From an uncultured Anaerolineaceae bacterium (GTDB lineage Bacteria; Chloroflexota; Anaerolineae; Anaerolineales; UBA11579), in assembly GCA_964572455.1 (NCBI GenBank), contig CAZNFL010000005.1:219-64218 (forward strand): DNA of 64,000 nucleotides. Direction: 5' to 3'. Numbering within the stretch: position 1 is the stretch's first letter; every line of letters starts with the position of its first letter. Of this stretch, positions 1 through 8,649 are shown piece after piece. Below the pieces are notes generated by a model. That model worked only from the letters and a program-made list of their open reading frames with translations. It ran no database searches and had not been told where the DNA came from. Made by a program: the position numbers and the translations under genes.

Positions 1-1
1 G

Positions 2-247
2 GGTGTACTGAGCGGCTTGGCCGGGGCCCTCGCCGTGCGCGGCGCCAACCAGCGCGGCGCCTGGCTGGAACGCCTGCCCCTCGCCGCCCTGCTGAGCATA
101 TTTGGCCTGCTGGCCGCCCGCCCCTTGGGCACGCGCCTGCAGCAGCGCGTCACCACCAGTGGCGACCCGGGCCCGTTGCAGATCCTAAGTGTCCGCCGCA
201 GCCAGCGCGGCAACCAGACCTTGCACCGCGTCGAAACGCGCAGCTAA
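2..247 (+). CDS. 3' end of an upstream CDS, hydrophobic C-terminus, product unknown
   Basis: Open frame runs in from the window edge. It ends at TAA 245-247, overlapping the holA ATG (TAATG). A hydrophobic stretch LPLAALLSIFGLLAA is present. No family recognised. Confidence 0.3.
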   Translation, partial: GVLSGLAGALAVRGANQRGAWLERLPLAALLSIFGLLAARPLGTRLQQRVTTSGDPGPLQILSVRRSQRGNQTLHRVETRS

Positions 248-1245
248 TGAGCGAAACACCCACGGTATACATTTTCCATGGGGATGATGAAGCCAGCATG
301 CGCGCCGAAATAGCTGGGATGCAGAGCAAGCTCGGCGATCCTACTACAGCCGAGATGAACACCTCTCGCTTCGAAAGCGCACTCACTCTTGACGTTTTGC
401 GTAACACTGCCCAAGCAGCTCCCTTTTTAAGCCAACGCCGCCTGGTGGTGATCAGCGGGGCTGCGAAAGCTTTCTCAGCAGCCGGTCCCCGCGCAGAATT
501 TCTAAAATTCTTGGAAGAATTGCCGTCCTCTACCGCCTTGGTTCTCATCGAGCGCCCCGCACTCGACCATAAAGATAAAAAGGAAGCCCGGCCTTGGTTG
601 CAGAAATGGGCGCAGGCTGCCGGGCCGCGCGTGTTGCTGCGCAAATTTGAAACGCTCCAAGATGCCCAGATGGCCTCCTGGCTGCAGCAGCGTGCCCGCG
701 AATTGCATGGCGAGTTGCGGCCGCAGGCCGCCGCCGCCCTGGCGCAGCTTGTGGGCGGTGATAAAGACGCTGGCGATCAAGAAATCGAAAAATTGCTGGC
801 CTACGTGGCCTATAAGCGGCCGATCGAAGCCGCCGACGTGGCCACGGTCAGCCTGCCCAGCGGCGAACAGGGCGATTTTTTCGCACTGATCGATGCACTC
901 AGCGCTGGCAACGGCGGGCAGGCCCTGGATCTGCTGCAAGACCTATTAAAGGAACGCGACTTGATCGCGCTGTTCTTTAGTTTGGTTGGGCACTTCCGAC
1001 TGCTGTTGCAAAGCCGCGAATTAGTGGAAGCCGGTAAAAAAGATAAAGATATCGCTGCGCAACTTGGCATCCACCCCTATCGCGCCGAAAAACTGGCTGC
1101 CCAGGCGCGCCGCTTTTCGCTGGGCGCGCTGGAAGGCATTTACAAGCAGTTATTGATCTTGGATGAGCAAATAAAAACGGGGGATCTCGAAGCAGATCTG
1201 GGGTTGGAAACTTTCGTCGCCAGCCTCAGCGCGCAAGCGGCCTAG
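247..1245 (+). CDS. holA: DNA polymerase III subunit delta
   Basis: 332-aa ORF. The N-terminus (TVYIFHGDDE...) and overall length and layout are typical of the HolA family. Confidence 0.8.
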   Translation: MSETPTVYIFHGDDEASMRAEIAGMQSKLGDPTTAEMNTSRFESALTLDVLRNTAQAAPFLSQRRLVVISGAAKAFSAAGPRAEFLKFLEELPSSTALVLIERPALDHKDKKEARPWLQKWAQAAGPRVLLRKFETLQDAQMASWLQQRARELHGELRPQAAAALAQLVGGDKDAGDQEIEKLLAYVAYKRPIEAADVATVSLPSGEQGDFFALIDALSAGNGGQALDLLQDLLKERDLIALFFSLVGHFRLLLQSRELVEAGKKDKDIAAQLGIHPYRAEKLAAQARRFSLGALEGIYKQLLILDEQIKTGDLEADLGLETFVASLSAQAA

Positions 1246-1522
1246 CTGCCCCATCGCTAGCTGTCCCATCGCTAGCTGTCCCATCGCTGGTTGCCCCGTT
1301 CGCCGGGGCGCCCAACCACAGATAGTTCGGCAGCACGCTCTTCTTGGCCACCAGGCGCAGCGCGCCCAGGCGCCGCCGTTCGCCTTCCAGCAGGCTGGGG
1401 TGCAGGAGGCAAAGGGTGGGTTGCTGGCCGTACATGCGCTGGTAGCGCTCGGCCGCCCATAGCACACGCTGTTCCAGGTTCATGCGTGGGTCTTCAATCA
1501 GGAAAAGTTCACCAAATTCCAT
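1226..1522 (-). CDS. hypothetical small protein with repeat-encoded C-terminus
   Basis: 98-aa ORF with GGAGG 8 nt upstream of the ATG. The C-terminus GTASD x3 is encoded by a 15-bp tandem repeat. Overlaps the holA 3' end by 20 nt. No family recognised. Confidence 0.5.
   Translation of the reverse strand: MEFGELFLIEDPRMNLEQRVLWAAERYQRMYGQQPTLCLLHPSLLEGERRRLGALRLVAKKSVLPNYLWLGAPANGATSDGTASDGTASDGAARPLAR
1242..1300. repeat. 15-bp tandem repeat (CTAGCTGYCCCATCG x3 plus a degenerate 4th unit)
   Basis: Read directly: units at 1242-1256, 1257-1271 and 1272-1286, then a partial unit. The array starts at the holA stop codon. Confidence 0.9.
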
Positions 1523-1651
1523 CGTGCTAGCCTCCGTAGAACATTAGTTCTAGTATACCTGTTTGTCCCTGTGCGTCAAGAGGCGTTCACCTTATAAACG
1601 ACAGGGCAGGAAGAAGGGTATCTGGCGCAGATTGGAAAAAGGTTAGAGCTC

Positions 1652-2422
1652 TTAACTTCGGCGCGGCCAGGGAACGAACATGGGCGTGCGCGCTTTGTAG
1701 TCGCGATAGGCTTTACCGTAGAACTTCTCCAGCTTGCGTTCTTCGTAGCGGGCGCCAAGAATGAAATACAGGCTTACCCCCAGAATGAAGGCTAGCCAAT
1801 TCAAGGTCATGGCTGGAATGAGCCACAGGATGAGCATAGTCCCTGTGTAGAGCGGGTGGCGCACCCAGGCATAGGCGCCGCCGGTTGCTAGTTGCGGCTG
1901 CCGGCTCGAATCGCCAAGTTGCCGCAGGCCGGCGAAATCCAGCGCGTCCGTCTGCGCCAGCGAATAAGCCAACACTAGCAGCCCCAACGCCTGCCCCGCC
2001 AGAAATATCGGCTGCAGCAGGGGTGGAACGACGTACAGGGGCTGATCTGGCAACCAAAGAACTAGGGCTAGGACCGGCAGCAGGGTCACCACCCCAGCCG
2101 CGTTAAAAAATAACCGGTAACCTCGCTGCACCAGATTCTCCCCAAACCGCCGCCGCGCCCACTCCTTCACCACGGTGGCAGCCAGCACCGAATGCAGCAC
2201 GCTGTAGGCCGCGAACGCCAGCAGAATGATCAGGGATGAGGTCCAATAGATCACGGTTCGGCCGGTTCCCCAAATGTGCCAAAAATCTTCGATGAATTCA
2301 GCCGCCAAATGCGCATTGTGGATCACCAGGGAATTCTCGTCATTGCGGTTCTTGGCGCTGGCGCGCAGGCCGCCGGGAACGCCAGGAAAAGCAGCAGCCC
2401 GCCTTGCTTGAACATAGCGCAA
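1652..2422 (-). CDS. membrane methyltransferase family protein (ICMT/PEMT-like)
   Basis: Multi-TM ORF with the C-terminal motif WVRHPLYTG...YEERKLEKFYG typical of isoprenylcysteine carboxyl / phospholipid methyltransferase-like proteins. The start is uncertain: ATG 2422 leaves only 13 bp to the divergent gene, and an alternative GTG lies at 2326. Confidence 0.65.
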   Translation of the reverse strand: MRYVQARRAAAFPGVPGGLRASAKNRNDENSLVIHNAHLAAEFIEDFWHIWGTGRTVIYWTSSLIILLAFAAYSVLHSVLAATVVKEWARRRFGENLVQRGYRLFFNAAGVVTLLPVLALVLWLPDQPLYVVPPLLQPIFLAGQALGLLVLAYSLAQTDALDFAGLRQLGDSSRQPQLATGGAYAWVRHPLYTGTMLILWLIPAMTLNWLAFILGVSLYFILGARYEERKLEKFYGKAYRDYKARTPMFVPWPRRS

Positions 2423-2435
2423 TTATAATGAGCAC

Positions 2436-3008
2436 ATGAGCGAGGTGCCCATGCCCAAAACCTATCCTGTGGAAATAGCCGGCCTGAAGCGCGAACTGCC
2501 TTTGGTGGAAGTGGCTCCGGGTATCACCATCGCCCTGCTCAACATCCTGGGTGACACGCCCTTCGTGCGCGCCTGCGCCCATGAGCTGGCTAAGAAGTTG
2601 GAAGGCGTGGGCTATGATGTGCTGGTGACCGCCGAAGCTAAAAGCATCCCGCTCATCCACGCCCTCTCGGAGGAGACCAGCAAGCCTTACGTGGTGCTGC
2701 GCAAGACCTATAAGCCCTACATGGGCGAGGCCATCCAGGCCGAAACCGTCTCGATCACCACTGGCCAGCCGCAAACCCTGTACCTGGACGCCAAAGACCA
2801 TGAGCTGGTGAGCGGCAGCCGGGTGGTGCTATTGGACGACGTGGTCAGCACCGGCTCCACCCAGCAGGGCATGCGCGCCGTGATGGAGAAAGCCGGCGCC
2901 GACATCGTGGCCGAAGCGGCCATCTTCACCGAAGGCGACAAGGCTAAGTGGCAGCACATCATCGCCCTCGGACACTTGCCCGTATTTCTAGATGGAGAGA
3001 AACATTAG
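2436..3008 (+). CDS. phosphoribosyltransferase family protein (purine PRT-like)
   Basis: 190-aa ORF with the PRPP-binding loop VVLLDDVVSTGST. Confidence 0.7.
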   Translation: MSEVPMPKTYPVEIAGLKRELPLVEVAPGITIALLNILGDTPFVRACAHELAKKLEGVGYDVLVTAEAKSIPLIHALSEETSKPYVVLRKTYKPYMGEAIQAETVSITTGQPQTLYLDAKDHELVSGSRVVLLDDVVSTGSTQQGMRAVMEKAGADIVAEAAIFTEGDKAKWQHIIALGHLPVFLDGEKH

Positions 3009-3049
3009 GAAGCCAGTCCCGAAAATCTTTGAAAACCCAAGGAGAAAAA

Positions 3050-3460
3050 ATGAAGACTAGAAACGTAGCGCTTTTTATCGTTCTGGCGGCAATCGCCCTT
3101 TTCGCAGTGGCTTGCGATTTCAGCTTTAGCACAGCCAACATCGCCAACGCCTTCATGGCTGCCGACCACGATGGCACGCAGCCCACCACCATGTTTGCCC
3201 AAGATGCGGTCTTCTATGCCATCGTAGACTTGGTCAACGCGCCCGAGGACACCACCGTGAAGGTGGTCTGGTTTGCGGTGGACGCCGAAAACACCGATCC
3301 TGAACTGCTCATCGATGAAGTAACGATCACAAGCAGTGATGGTCGCTTGTATTTCAATCTGACCAATGCGCCAGGCCAGCTTTGGCCGCTGGGTCAATAT
3401 CGCGTCGATATCTACCTGAACGATGAGTTGAATACCTCGCTGGAATTCGAAGTTCAATAA
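3050..3460 (+). CDS. small secreted lipoprotein, function unknown
   Basis: Internal ATG at 3050 is preceded by GGAGAAAAA. Signal peptide with lipobox LFAVAC. The 5' extension in the ORF track (from 2948) overlaps the upstream gene. Confidence 0.65.
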   Translation: MKTRNVALFIVLAAIALFAVACDFSFSTANIANAFMAADHDGTQPTTMFAQDAVFYAIVDLVNAPEDTTVKVVWFAVDAENTDPELLIDEVTITSSDGRLYFNLTNAPGQLWPLGQYRVDIYLNDELNTSLEFEVQ

Positions 3461-3484
3461 AGCATAAGACGCTCTCTATGAATT

Positions 3485-3518
3485 GAAGGCGCCCTCTGTT
3501 TGGAGGGCGCCTTCTTTC
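3485..3518 (+). terminator. intrinsic terminator-like hairpin
   Basis: Perfect 12-bp stem (GAAGGCGCCCTC / GAGGGCGCCTTC, 3485-3496 / 3503-3514) with a 6-nt loop, followed by TTTC. Confidence 0.6.
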
Positions 3519-3526
3519 AAGGAGAG

Positions 3527-3565
3527 TTGCGTTGCTTTGCAACGCGGGCGTTACGCCTTATGCGG
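3527..3565 (+). repeat. partial copy of repeat family 2 (GCGTTGCTTYGCAACGCG...)
   Basis: TTGCGTTGCTTTGCAACGCGGGCGTTACGCC shares the first hairpin with the copies at 15174, 28798 and 40333. Confidence 0.6.
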
Positions 3566-3585
3566 TCGAACGCCATGCACCGTAA

Positions 3586-4959
3586 CTACGCTGGGATTTT
3601 CACTTGCGGCAGGTCAGCCAAGGCCGCTTTCACCTTCTCGGCGGGATATTTAAAGTCCTGCAGTTTGCCGGCCAGGTAGGCTTCGTAAGCGGCCAGGTCA
3701 AAGTGGCCGTGGCCGGAGAGGTTGAACAGGATCACGCGCTTGTCGCCCTTCTTCTTGGCGTCCAGTGCCTCGTCGATGGCCACGCGGATGGCATGGGCGG
3801 ATTCCGGCGCCGGCAGAATGCCCTCGGTGCGGGCGAACTGCACCGCCGCGTCGAAGGTGGCAACCTGCGGCACGGCCACCGCTTCGATATAGCCGGCGTC
3901 GTACAGTGCGCACAGGCTTGGCGCCATGCCGTGATAGCGTAGGCCGCCGGCGTGGATGGGCTCCGGCACAAAACCGTGGCCCAGGGTATGCATTTTCACC
4001 ACCGGAGCCATCTTGGCCGTATCACCATAGTCGAAGGTGAAAACGCCCTTGGTCAGCGAGGGGGCCGCCTCCGGCTCCACCGCCAGCAGACGCGTATTGG
4101 TGCCTTCCTTCAAGTTTTGCCGCAGGAAAGGGTAGGCGATGCCCGAAAAGTTGGAACCGCCTCCCACGCAGCTGATAACCACATCCGGATATTCGCCTGC
4201 CAGGTCCATTTGCATCAGAGCCTCTTCGCCGATCACTGTCTGGTGCAAAAGCACATGGCCCAAGACCGAGCCCAGGCTGTATTTCTTTGCGCCTCCAGAG
4301 GAAGCCGCGGCTTCCACCGCTTCCGAGATGGCGATGCCCAGCGAGCCGGGATTGTCTTTGTCAGCAGCTAGCACCGATTTTCCATATTGCGTGCGCTCGC
4401 TGGGGCTGGCAAAGACCTGGGCGCCATAGGTTTCCATCATGATGCGCCGATAGGGCTTCTGCTGGTAAGACACCTTGACCATGTAGATTTCCACGGCGAT
4501 GTCGAACAGCTTACCGGCGAAAGCCAACGCCGAGCCCCATTGGCCGGCGCCGGTTTCGGTGGTCAGGGTCTTGGTGCCAGCCACCTTGTTGTAGAAAGCC
4601 TGCGGGATGGCCGTGTTGGGCTTGTGGCTGCCCACCGGCGACACGCTCTCATTCTTGTAGTAGATGTGCGCCGGGGTGCCCAGTGCCTTCTCCAGCCGCA
4701 CGGCGCGCAGCAACGGCGTGGGGCGGTATAGCTTGTAGACTTCGCGCACTTCTTCGGGGATGTCGATGTATTTGTCGGCGCTGACCTCTTGCATGATCAG
4801 TTCTATGGGGAACAGCACCGAGAGGAATTCCGGCGTCACCGGCTCCATGGTGCCGGGGTGCAGCACCGGGTTGGGCGGCACGGGCATATCAGCGTTGATG
4901 TTGTACCAACGCTTAGGCAGGTCTTTTTCACTCAGGATGAAACGTACTTGGTCGCTCAT
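3586..4959 (-). CDS. trpB: TrpB2-type tryptophan synthase beta-like PLP enzyme
   Basis: 457-aa ORF. The long N-terminal extension and the PLP-lysine context VGSHKPNTA are typical of TrpB2. AAGGAG lies upstream of the ATG. Confidence 0.8.
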   Translation of the reverse strand: MSDQVRFILSEKDLPKRWYNINADMPVPPNPVLHPGTMEPVTPEFLSVLFPIELIMQEVSADKYIDIPEEVREVYKLYRPTPLLRAVRLEKALGTPAHIYYKNESVSPVGSHKPNTAIPQAFYNKVAGTKTLTTETGAGQWGSALAFAGKLFDIAVEIYMVKVSYQQKPYRRIMMETYGAQVFASPSERTQYGKSVLAADKDNPGSLGIAISEAVEAAASSGGAKKYSLGSVLGHVLLHQTVIGEEALMQMDLAGEYPDVVISCVGGGSNFSGIAYPFLRQNLKEGTNTRLLAVEPEAAPSLTKGVFTFDYGDTAKMAPVVKMHTLGHGFVPEPIHAGGLRYHGMAPSLCALYDAGYIEAVAVPQVATFDAAVQFARTEGILPAPESAHAIRVAIDEALDAKKKGDKRVILFNLSGHGHFDLAAYEAYLAGKLQDFKYPAEKVKAALADLPQVKIPA

Positions 4960-5018
4960 GGTCTTCTCCTTTTTCAGGCCTCCCCGTCATTACGAGGAGG
5001 GCGGCTTTTGAATTTGTA

Positions 5019-5039
5019 GGGCGGGTCTAAGACCCGCCC
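5019..5039 (-). terminator. GC hairpin between trpS and trpB2 (weak terminator or attenuator)
   Basis: GGGCGGGTC-TAA-GACCCGCCC, a 9-bp stem. This is the same hairpin sequence as the acnA terminator at 55111, but with no clear U-tract on either strand. Confidence 0.35.
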
Positions 5040-5197
5040 GTTCACAGCCGAAGCCAGGAGCGCAGGGTGTTTTTAGCGCATTGGATTCAGCTTCGCAGCA
5101 GAGGAGGAGTTTCCGCAGGAAACTCCCGCGCACCGCACTTGGGTGCGCACCCTTCAAGGCGGTCTATCCTGCTTGGGAGGGATCAGATCAAAGGGGT

Positions 5198-6196
5198 TCA
5201 TTTCAAACCCATCTTCCCAAGCACTTCTTTGAGGGTGGCTTGCACCAGGGGCCGCGCTTTCTCGGTGCCTTCGTCCAGTACGCGCAGCGCATCCTTGGGA
5301 TTCTTTATTAGCTCGGCGCGGCGGGCGCGCAGCGGCTCCAGATACGCGTTGAGCGCCTCCGCCAGGCGGCGTTTCACTTCCACGTCGCCCACCTTGCCCT
5401 GGCGGTAGCGCTTTTTGAAATCTTCGATCTCGTCTTTGTTCGGGTTGAACACATCGTGATAATCGAAGACTGGGTTGCCCTCCACCGTACCCAGGTCTGT
5501 GGCGTGGATGCGCTTGGGATCGGTGTACATGCTCATGATCTTCTTGGCGGTCTCCTCAGGTGTGTCGCCCAGGCGGATGCTGTTGCCATAAGAACTGTGC
5601 ATCATGCGGTTGTCCGTACCCGGCAGCCGCGGCGTCTTGGTCAGCAGCCCTTCCGGTTCCGGGAATGTTTCCCCATACAGCGTGTTGAAACGCCGGGCGA
5701 CCTCACGGGTCAGTTCGATGTGCGGCAATTGGTCCTCGCCCACCGGCACCAAGTTGGCCTTGTATACCAAAATATCGGCGCTCTGCAGGACCGGATAAGT
5801 GAGCAAGCCTAGCGAAGGGTTTAGCCCAAGCTGCTGGATCTGTTCCTTGTAGGTCGGCACGCGCTCCAGCCGCGCCACGGTGGTGAGCATGCCGAACAGC
5901 ACAGCCAGCTGGGCATGCTCCATGAGGGCGGACTGGCGCACGAAGGTGGCCCGCTTGGGATCCAGCCCGGCCGCCAGCCAGTCCACCATCACATCGGTGA
6001 TGTTCTGCTGGATGCGGCCGGGGTGCTCATAATCGGTGGTGAGCACGTGCAGGTCGGCGATCAGGAAGAAGCATTCATAATCATCCTGCATCGCAGCCCA
6101 CTGTTCCAGGGTGCCCACCAAGTGGCCGATGTGGCGCGGCCCAGTAGGGCGGTGCCCGGTGAGTATGCGCCCCTTAGTTTTTGCTGCTGCCATCAT
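5198..6196 (-). CDS. trpS: tryptophan--tRNA ligase
   Basis: 332-aa ORF with the class I HIGH-type motif GPRHIGHLVG and TrpRS-like length. GGAGG lies 9 nt upstream of ATGATG. Confidence 0.85.
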   Translation of the reverse strand: MMAAAKTKGRILTGHRPTGPRHIGHLVGTLEQWAAMQDDYECFFLIADLHVLTTDYEHPGRIQQNITDVMVDWLAAGLDPKRATFVRQSALMEHAQLAVLFGMLTTVARLERVPTYKEQIQQLGLNPSLGLLTYPVLQSADILVYKANLVPVGEDQLPHIELTREVARRFNTLYGETFPEPEGLLTKTPRLPGTDNRMMHSSYGNSIRLGDTPEETAKKIMSMYTDPKRIHATDLGTVEGNPVFDYHDVFNPNKDEIEDFKKRYRQGKVGDVEVKRRLAEALNAYLEPLRARRAELIKNPKDALRVLDEGTEKARPLVQATLKEVLGKMGLK

Positions 6197-6212
6197 TTAT
6201 CCATGCCTCCGA

Positions 6213-6504
6213 GTTAACCAAAAACGTTCGTCCTCAACACAAATCTATTGATTTGCATTGAGGACGAACGTTGAGTCCGTGGTGCCACCTCGATTAGTCC
6301 GCTACCTGCGAACTCGCTCTGCGCCTGTGATAACGGTGGCGTGCCGAAAGATACTAATAAGTGCTGCTTGCAGCACGTTTGGTATCTAAAACTCAGCGGT
6401 CCATTCAGCGTCGGCGTGGGACCCGGTCTCAATCCTCCCGGGCTCTCTGTGCCTTCGTTCCGGCGCTTACTCGTCCGCGTCGCGGTCTTTCAATATGCGA
6501 TTGG
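6213..6504 (-). promoter_or_regulatory. T-box riboswitch leader, probable Trp specifier (UGG)
   Basis: Read on the minus strand: an AGAGAG box (about 6450); a candidate specifier context CUGAA-UGG-A (about 6395); the T-box sequence AAUCGAGGUGGCACCACGG (6273-6296); then a perfect 15-bp terminator stem (6223-6237 / 6258-6272) followed by a U-run, 17 nt before the trpS RBS. Confidence 0.8.
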
Positions 6505-6510
6505 ACGCTG

Positions 6511-6539
6511 ATTATGCAGACTCTTTGTAATCCTGTCAA
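6511..6539 (-). promoter_or_regulatory. sigma70-like promoter for the T-box/trpS transcript
   Basis: Minus strand: TTGACA (6534-6539), 17-bp spacer, CATAAT (6511-6516). Confidence 0.6.
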
Positions 6540-6548
6540 GAGAACAAC

Positions 6549-6580
6549 CAATCGATTAATCGACTAATGATTAATCGATA
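6549..6580 (+). repeat. AT-rich TCGATTAAT palindromic element, copy 1
   Basis: CCAATCGATTAATCGACTAATGATTAATCGATATGG. Near-identical to the element at 14168-14196. Confidence 0.7.
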
Positions 6581-6583
6581 TGG

Positions 6584-8482
6584 TTACTGGCACCATTCCG
6601 CATACCCATAGCTCTCCAACCCCTGCAGCAGCCCGCTGCCCGCCTCGGCGCTGAAGTTGCAGAAGCCGGCGCGGGCCGCCGCGGCTTCGTACGCGGCGAA
6701 CAACGGCAGCGCCGGCAGCTGCTCGGCAAAGATGGCTTGCGCCTGGCGCTCGGCATCACCGTAGCCAGTCTCCCCGGGCAGGCTGCGCAACGCCGCCTGG
6801 CAAGCCGCGTCGTATTCAGGGTTGGAATAGCCGCTAATGTTCCAGCCGCCCCAGCCATACTTGAAAGCGTCCAGGTCTTCGCCGGGCACGGCTTCGCTCA
6901 GATACAGATAGCAAGCAGGCTGCGACCCGTAAGGCCAGGCGAATTGCGCCAGATCGAATGCGCGGCCAAACACCGCGCCCTGCGGCCCGGACGCAAAGAT
7001 CTCGTTTGCCGGCCCGCTGGCGATCTCCACGCCCACGCTGCAATCATCCAGGCTGCTCCGAATGACCTGGGCGATGGCCAGGTCCTGCTCGCTGTCGCCG
7101 GTCGAGAGGGTGAGCTGCAAGGCCACGCCCTGCTGTGCACCGGGATAGCTCTGGTTGACCCGCATGCCATCCTCGCCCAGCACCCAGCCGAGTTCATCCA
7201 GCCGCGCATTGGCTACGGCGGGGTCGAAGGCATAAGCGGCCGCGCCGGGGTTAGCTAACGGGTGGCCGGGAGGTAAATAGGTGCCGGGCAGGTTGCCCTG
7301 CCCCCAGGCAATTTCATCGATCAGTGCCTGGCGGTCTATGCACATCGCCAGTGTCTGGCGCATGCGCGCGTCGGCGAAGAAATCGGCGCGGTCTTGAAAG
7401 ACATTGAAGCTGTTGTCGTAGCTGAGCGGTTTGATGCCGAAATCCAGATGCTCCCAATAGCCCGCCGGTGTGAAAAAGATTTGCGCCCCAACCTCCTGCA
7501 GGCTGGCAGCTTCGTCCCCTAAGCTGGTTGATGGCAGTAACAGATCGCAGGTTCCGTTCTGCAGAGCTTCGGCGCCGCCTTCAAGAAAGATAAAGTTGAG
7601 GTTGCTGAAGTAGGGCAGGCCCTCCGCCGCACGCCAGTAGTTGGGATTACGCGAAAGGGAAATGTGCTCGCCGGCGGCCCACTCGTCGATCACATAGGGC
7701 CCCCACCCCAGCGGCCTGCGTGCCGCACCTTCCTCCCCCGGCAGGTCCGCCGCGGCGATGCCCTCCCAGGCGTGGCGCGGCGCCGGCGTCCAGAAATTGG
7801 TCTGGTACCCGGGATCCAGGTAGCCCGGCAGGCCCATCCACACTGCAGTGCGCTCGTCGCTGGCGGTGTAGCTGGCGGTGCGCTCAACCTTGCTCTTGTC
7901 GCCGGGTGTTGCGGGGTCGGCATTCAGTTCAAAGGAAGAAACCGAATCGGCAGCCGTCAGCGGCGTGCCATCCGACCAGGTGAGCCCGGCCTTAAGTGTG
8001 AAGGTCGCCACCAGTTGATCCATTTGCACTTCGCCGCCGCTGTATTCGAGGATGCAATTGCCGTCCTTGCAACCTGCTGGGTACACGAGCACCCCCGGCT
8101 GCAGGCTGCGCACCTGGCCGCCGGCATCCACGATCAGCTGCCCGGCTGCCACGCTGACCGGCTGCAAGGTGGCGCCGCCGTTATCCAGGCTCGGCACGCT
8201 TTCCAGGATGACGGCTTGCGGCAAGTAGCCTTGCAGATCGAAAGGGCCGTCGTATATGGCTTGGCGAATGGCGCGGGCGCTCTGTGAATTATCTCCGTAC
8301 AAATACAACGAGTTGGGCTCTTGGTCCATGCAAATATTGAGGGTGTCTGGGCCAACGGGGGTCGGCGTGACCGTTGGCAGCGCTGCGGTGGGCGTGCCTG
8401 CCGGCTCTCCAAGGCCGCACGAGGCGAGCAGCAAGGCGGCAAGGAGAAAGGATAAGGGATGAAGGCGAAACGTTTTCGGCAT
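6584..8482 (-). CDS. ABC transporter substrate-binding lipoprotein (family 5, peptide/nickel type)
   Basis: Start chosen at the internal ATG 8482 (MPKTFRLHPLSFLLAALLLASCG, with a lipobox). Size and composition resemble SBP family 5. The longer ORF-track start runs through a repeat element. Confidence 0.7.
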   Translation of the reverse strand: MPKTFRLHPLSFLLAALLLASCGLGEPAGTPTAALPTVTPTPVGPDTLNICMDQEPNSLYLYGDNSQSARAIRQAIYDGPFDLQGYLPQAVILESVPSLDNGGATLQPVSVAAGQLIVDAGGQVRSLQPGVLVYPAGCKDGNCILEYSGGEVQMDQLVATFTLKAGLTWSDGTPLTAADSVSSFELNADPATPGDKSKVERTASYTASDERTAVWMGLPGYLDPGYQTNFWTPAPRHAWEGIAAADLPGEEGAARRPLGWGPYVIDEWAAGEHISLSRNPNYWRAAEGLPYFSNLNFIFLEGGAEALQNGTCDLLLPSTSLGDEAASLQEVGAQIFFTPAGYWEHLDFGIKPLSYDNSFNVFQDRADFFADARMRQTLAMCIDRQALIDEIAWGQGNLPGTYLPPGHPLANPGAAAYAFDPAVANARLDELGWVLGEDGMRVNQSYPGAQQGVALQLTLSTGDSEQDLAIAQVIRSSLDDCSVGVEIASGPANEIFASGPQGAVFGRAFDLAQFAWPYGSQPACYLYLSEAVPGEDLDAFKYGWGGWNISGYSNPEYDAACQAALRSLPGETGYGDAERQAQAIFAEQLPALPLFAAYEAAAARAGFCNFSAEAGSGLLQGLESYGYAEWCQ

Positions 8483-8519
8483 GCGCAGGATTATACAGGG
8501 CCCAGGCATCTTCACTCTT

Positions 8520-8553
8520 GTCATTTCGAAGGAGCGCAGCGACTGAGAAATCC
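8520..8553 (+). repeat. family 1 module (GTCATTTCGAAGG...GAGAAATCC variant)
   Basis: Head/tail hairpin ATTTC...GAAAT, located in the divergent intergenic region. Confidence 0.6.
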
Positions 8554-8606
8554 GTACTGTATTTAGTTGCAAACGAACATTTCTGTTCTGATCGAGACTC
8601 GCTTTA

Positions 8607-8634
8607 TTGAGTGACACGGATTAAGTGCTAGAAT
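8607..8634 (+). promoter_or_regulatory. sigma70-like promoter with extended -10
   Basis: TTGAGT (8607-8612), 16-bp spacer counted to the TAGAAT hexamer (8629-8634), which carries an upstream TGc extended -10 (8626-8628). It sits about 15 nt before ATG 8650 with no SD, so the leader is very short. Confidence 0.5.
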
Positions 8635-8649
8635 CAATCATCAGCCGCA

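Noticed and set aside
4960-5197. A second T-box or other Trp-responsive leader directly upstream of trpB2.
   Set aside because: Hairpins are present (5107-5128, 5129-5150, 5019-5039). However, I found no GGUGGNACC T-box core and no specifier-like layout, and the final hairpin has no U-tract.
8483-8617. 5' extensions of ORF-track models: 6584-8617, 31665-32696, 59011-60606, 55256-56830, 2948-3460, 16228-17565, 25663-26913, 28882-30714.
   Set aside because: The extensions run through repeat elements or upstream genes and lack family-typical sequence. Internal starts give canonical N-termini (signal peptides, MKPYLDL of ThyA, MLEIRDL of the ATPase), mostly with RBS or stop-start overlaps.
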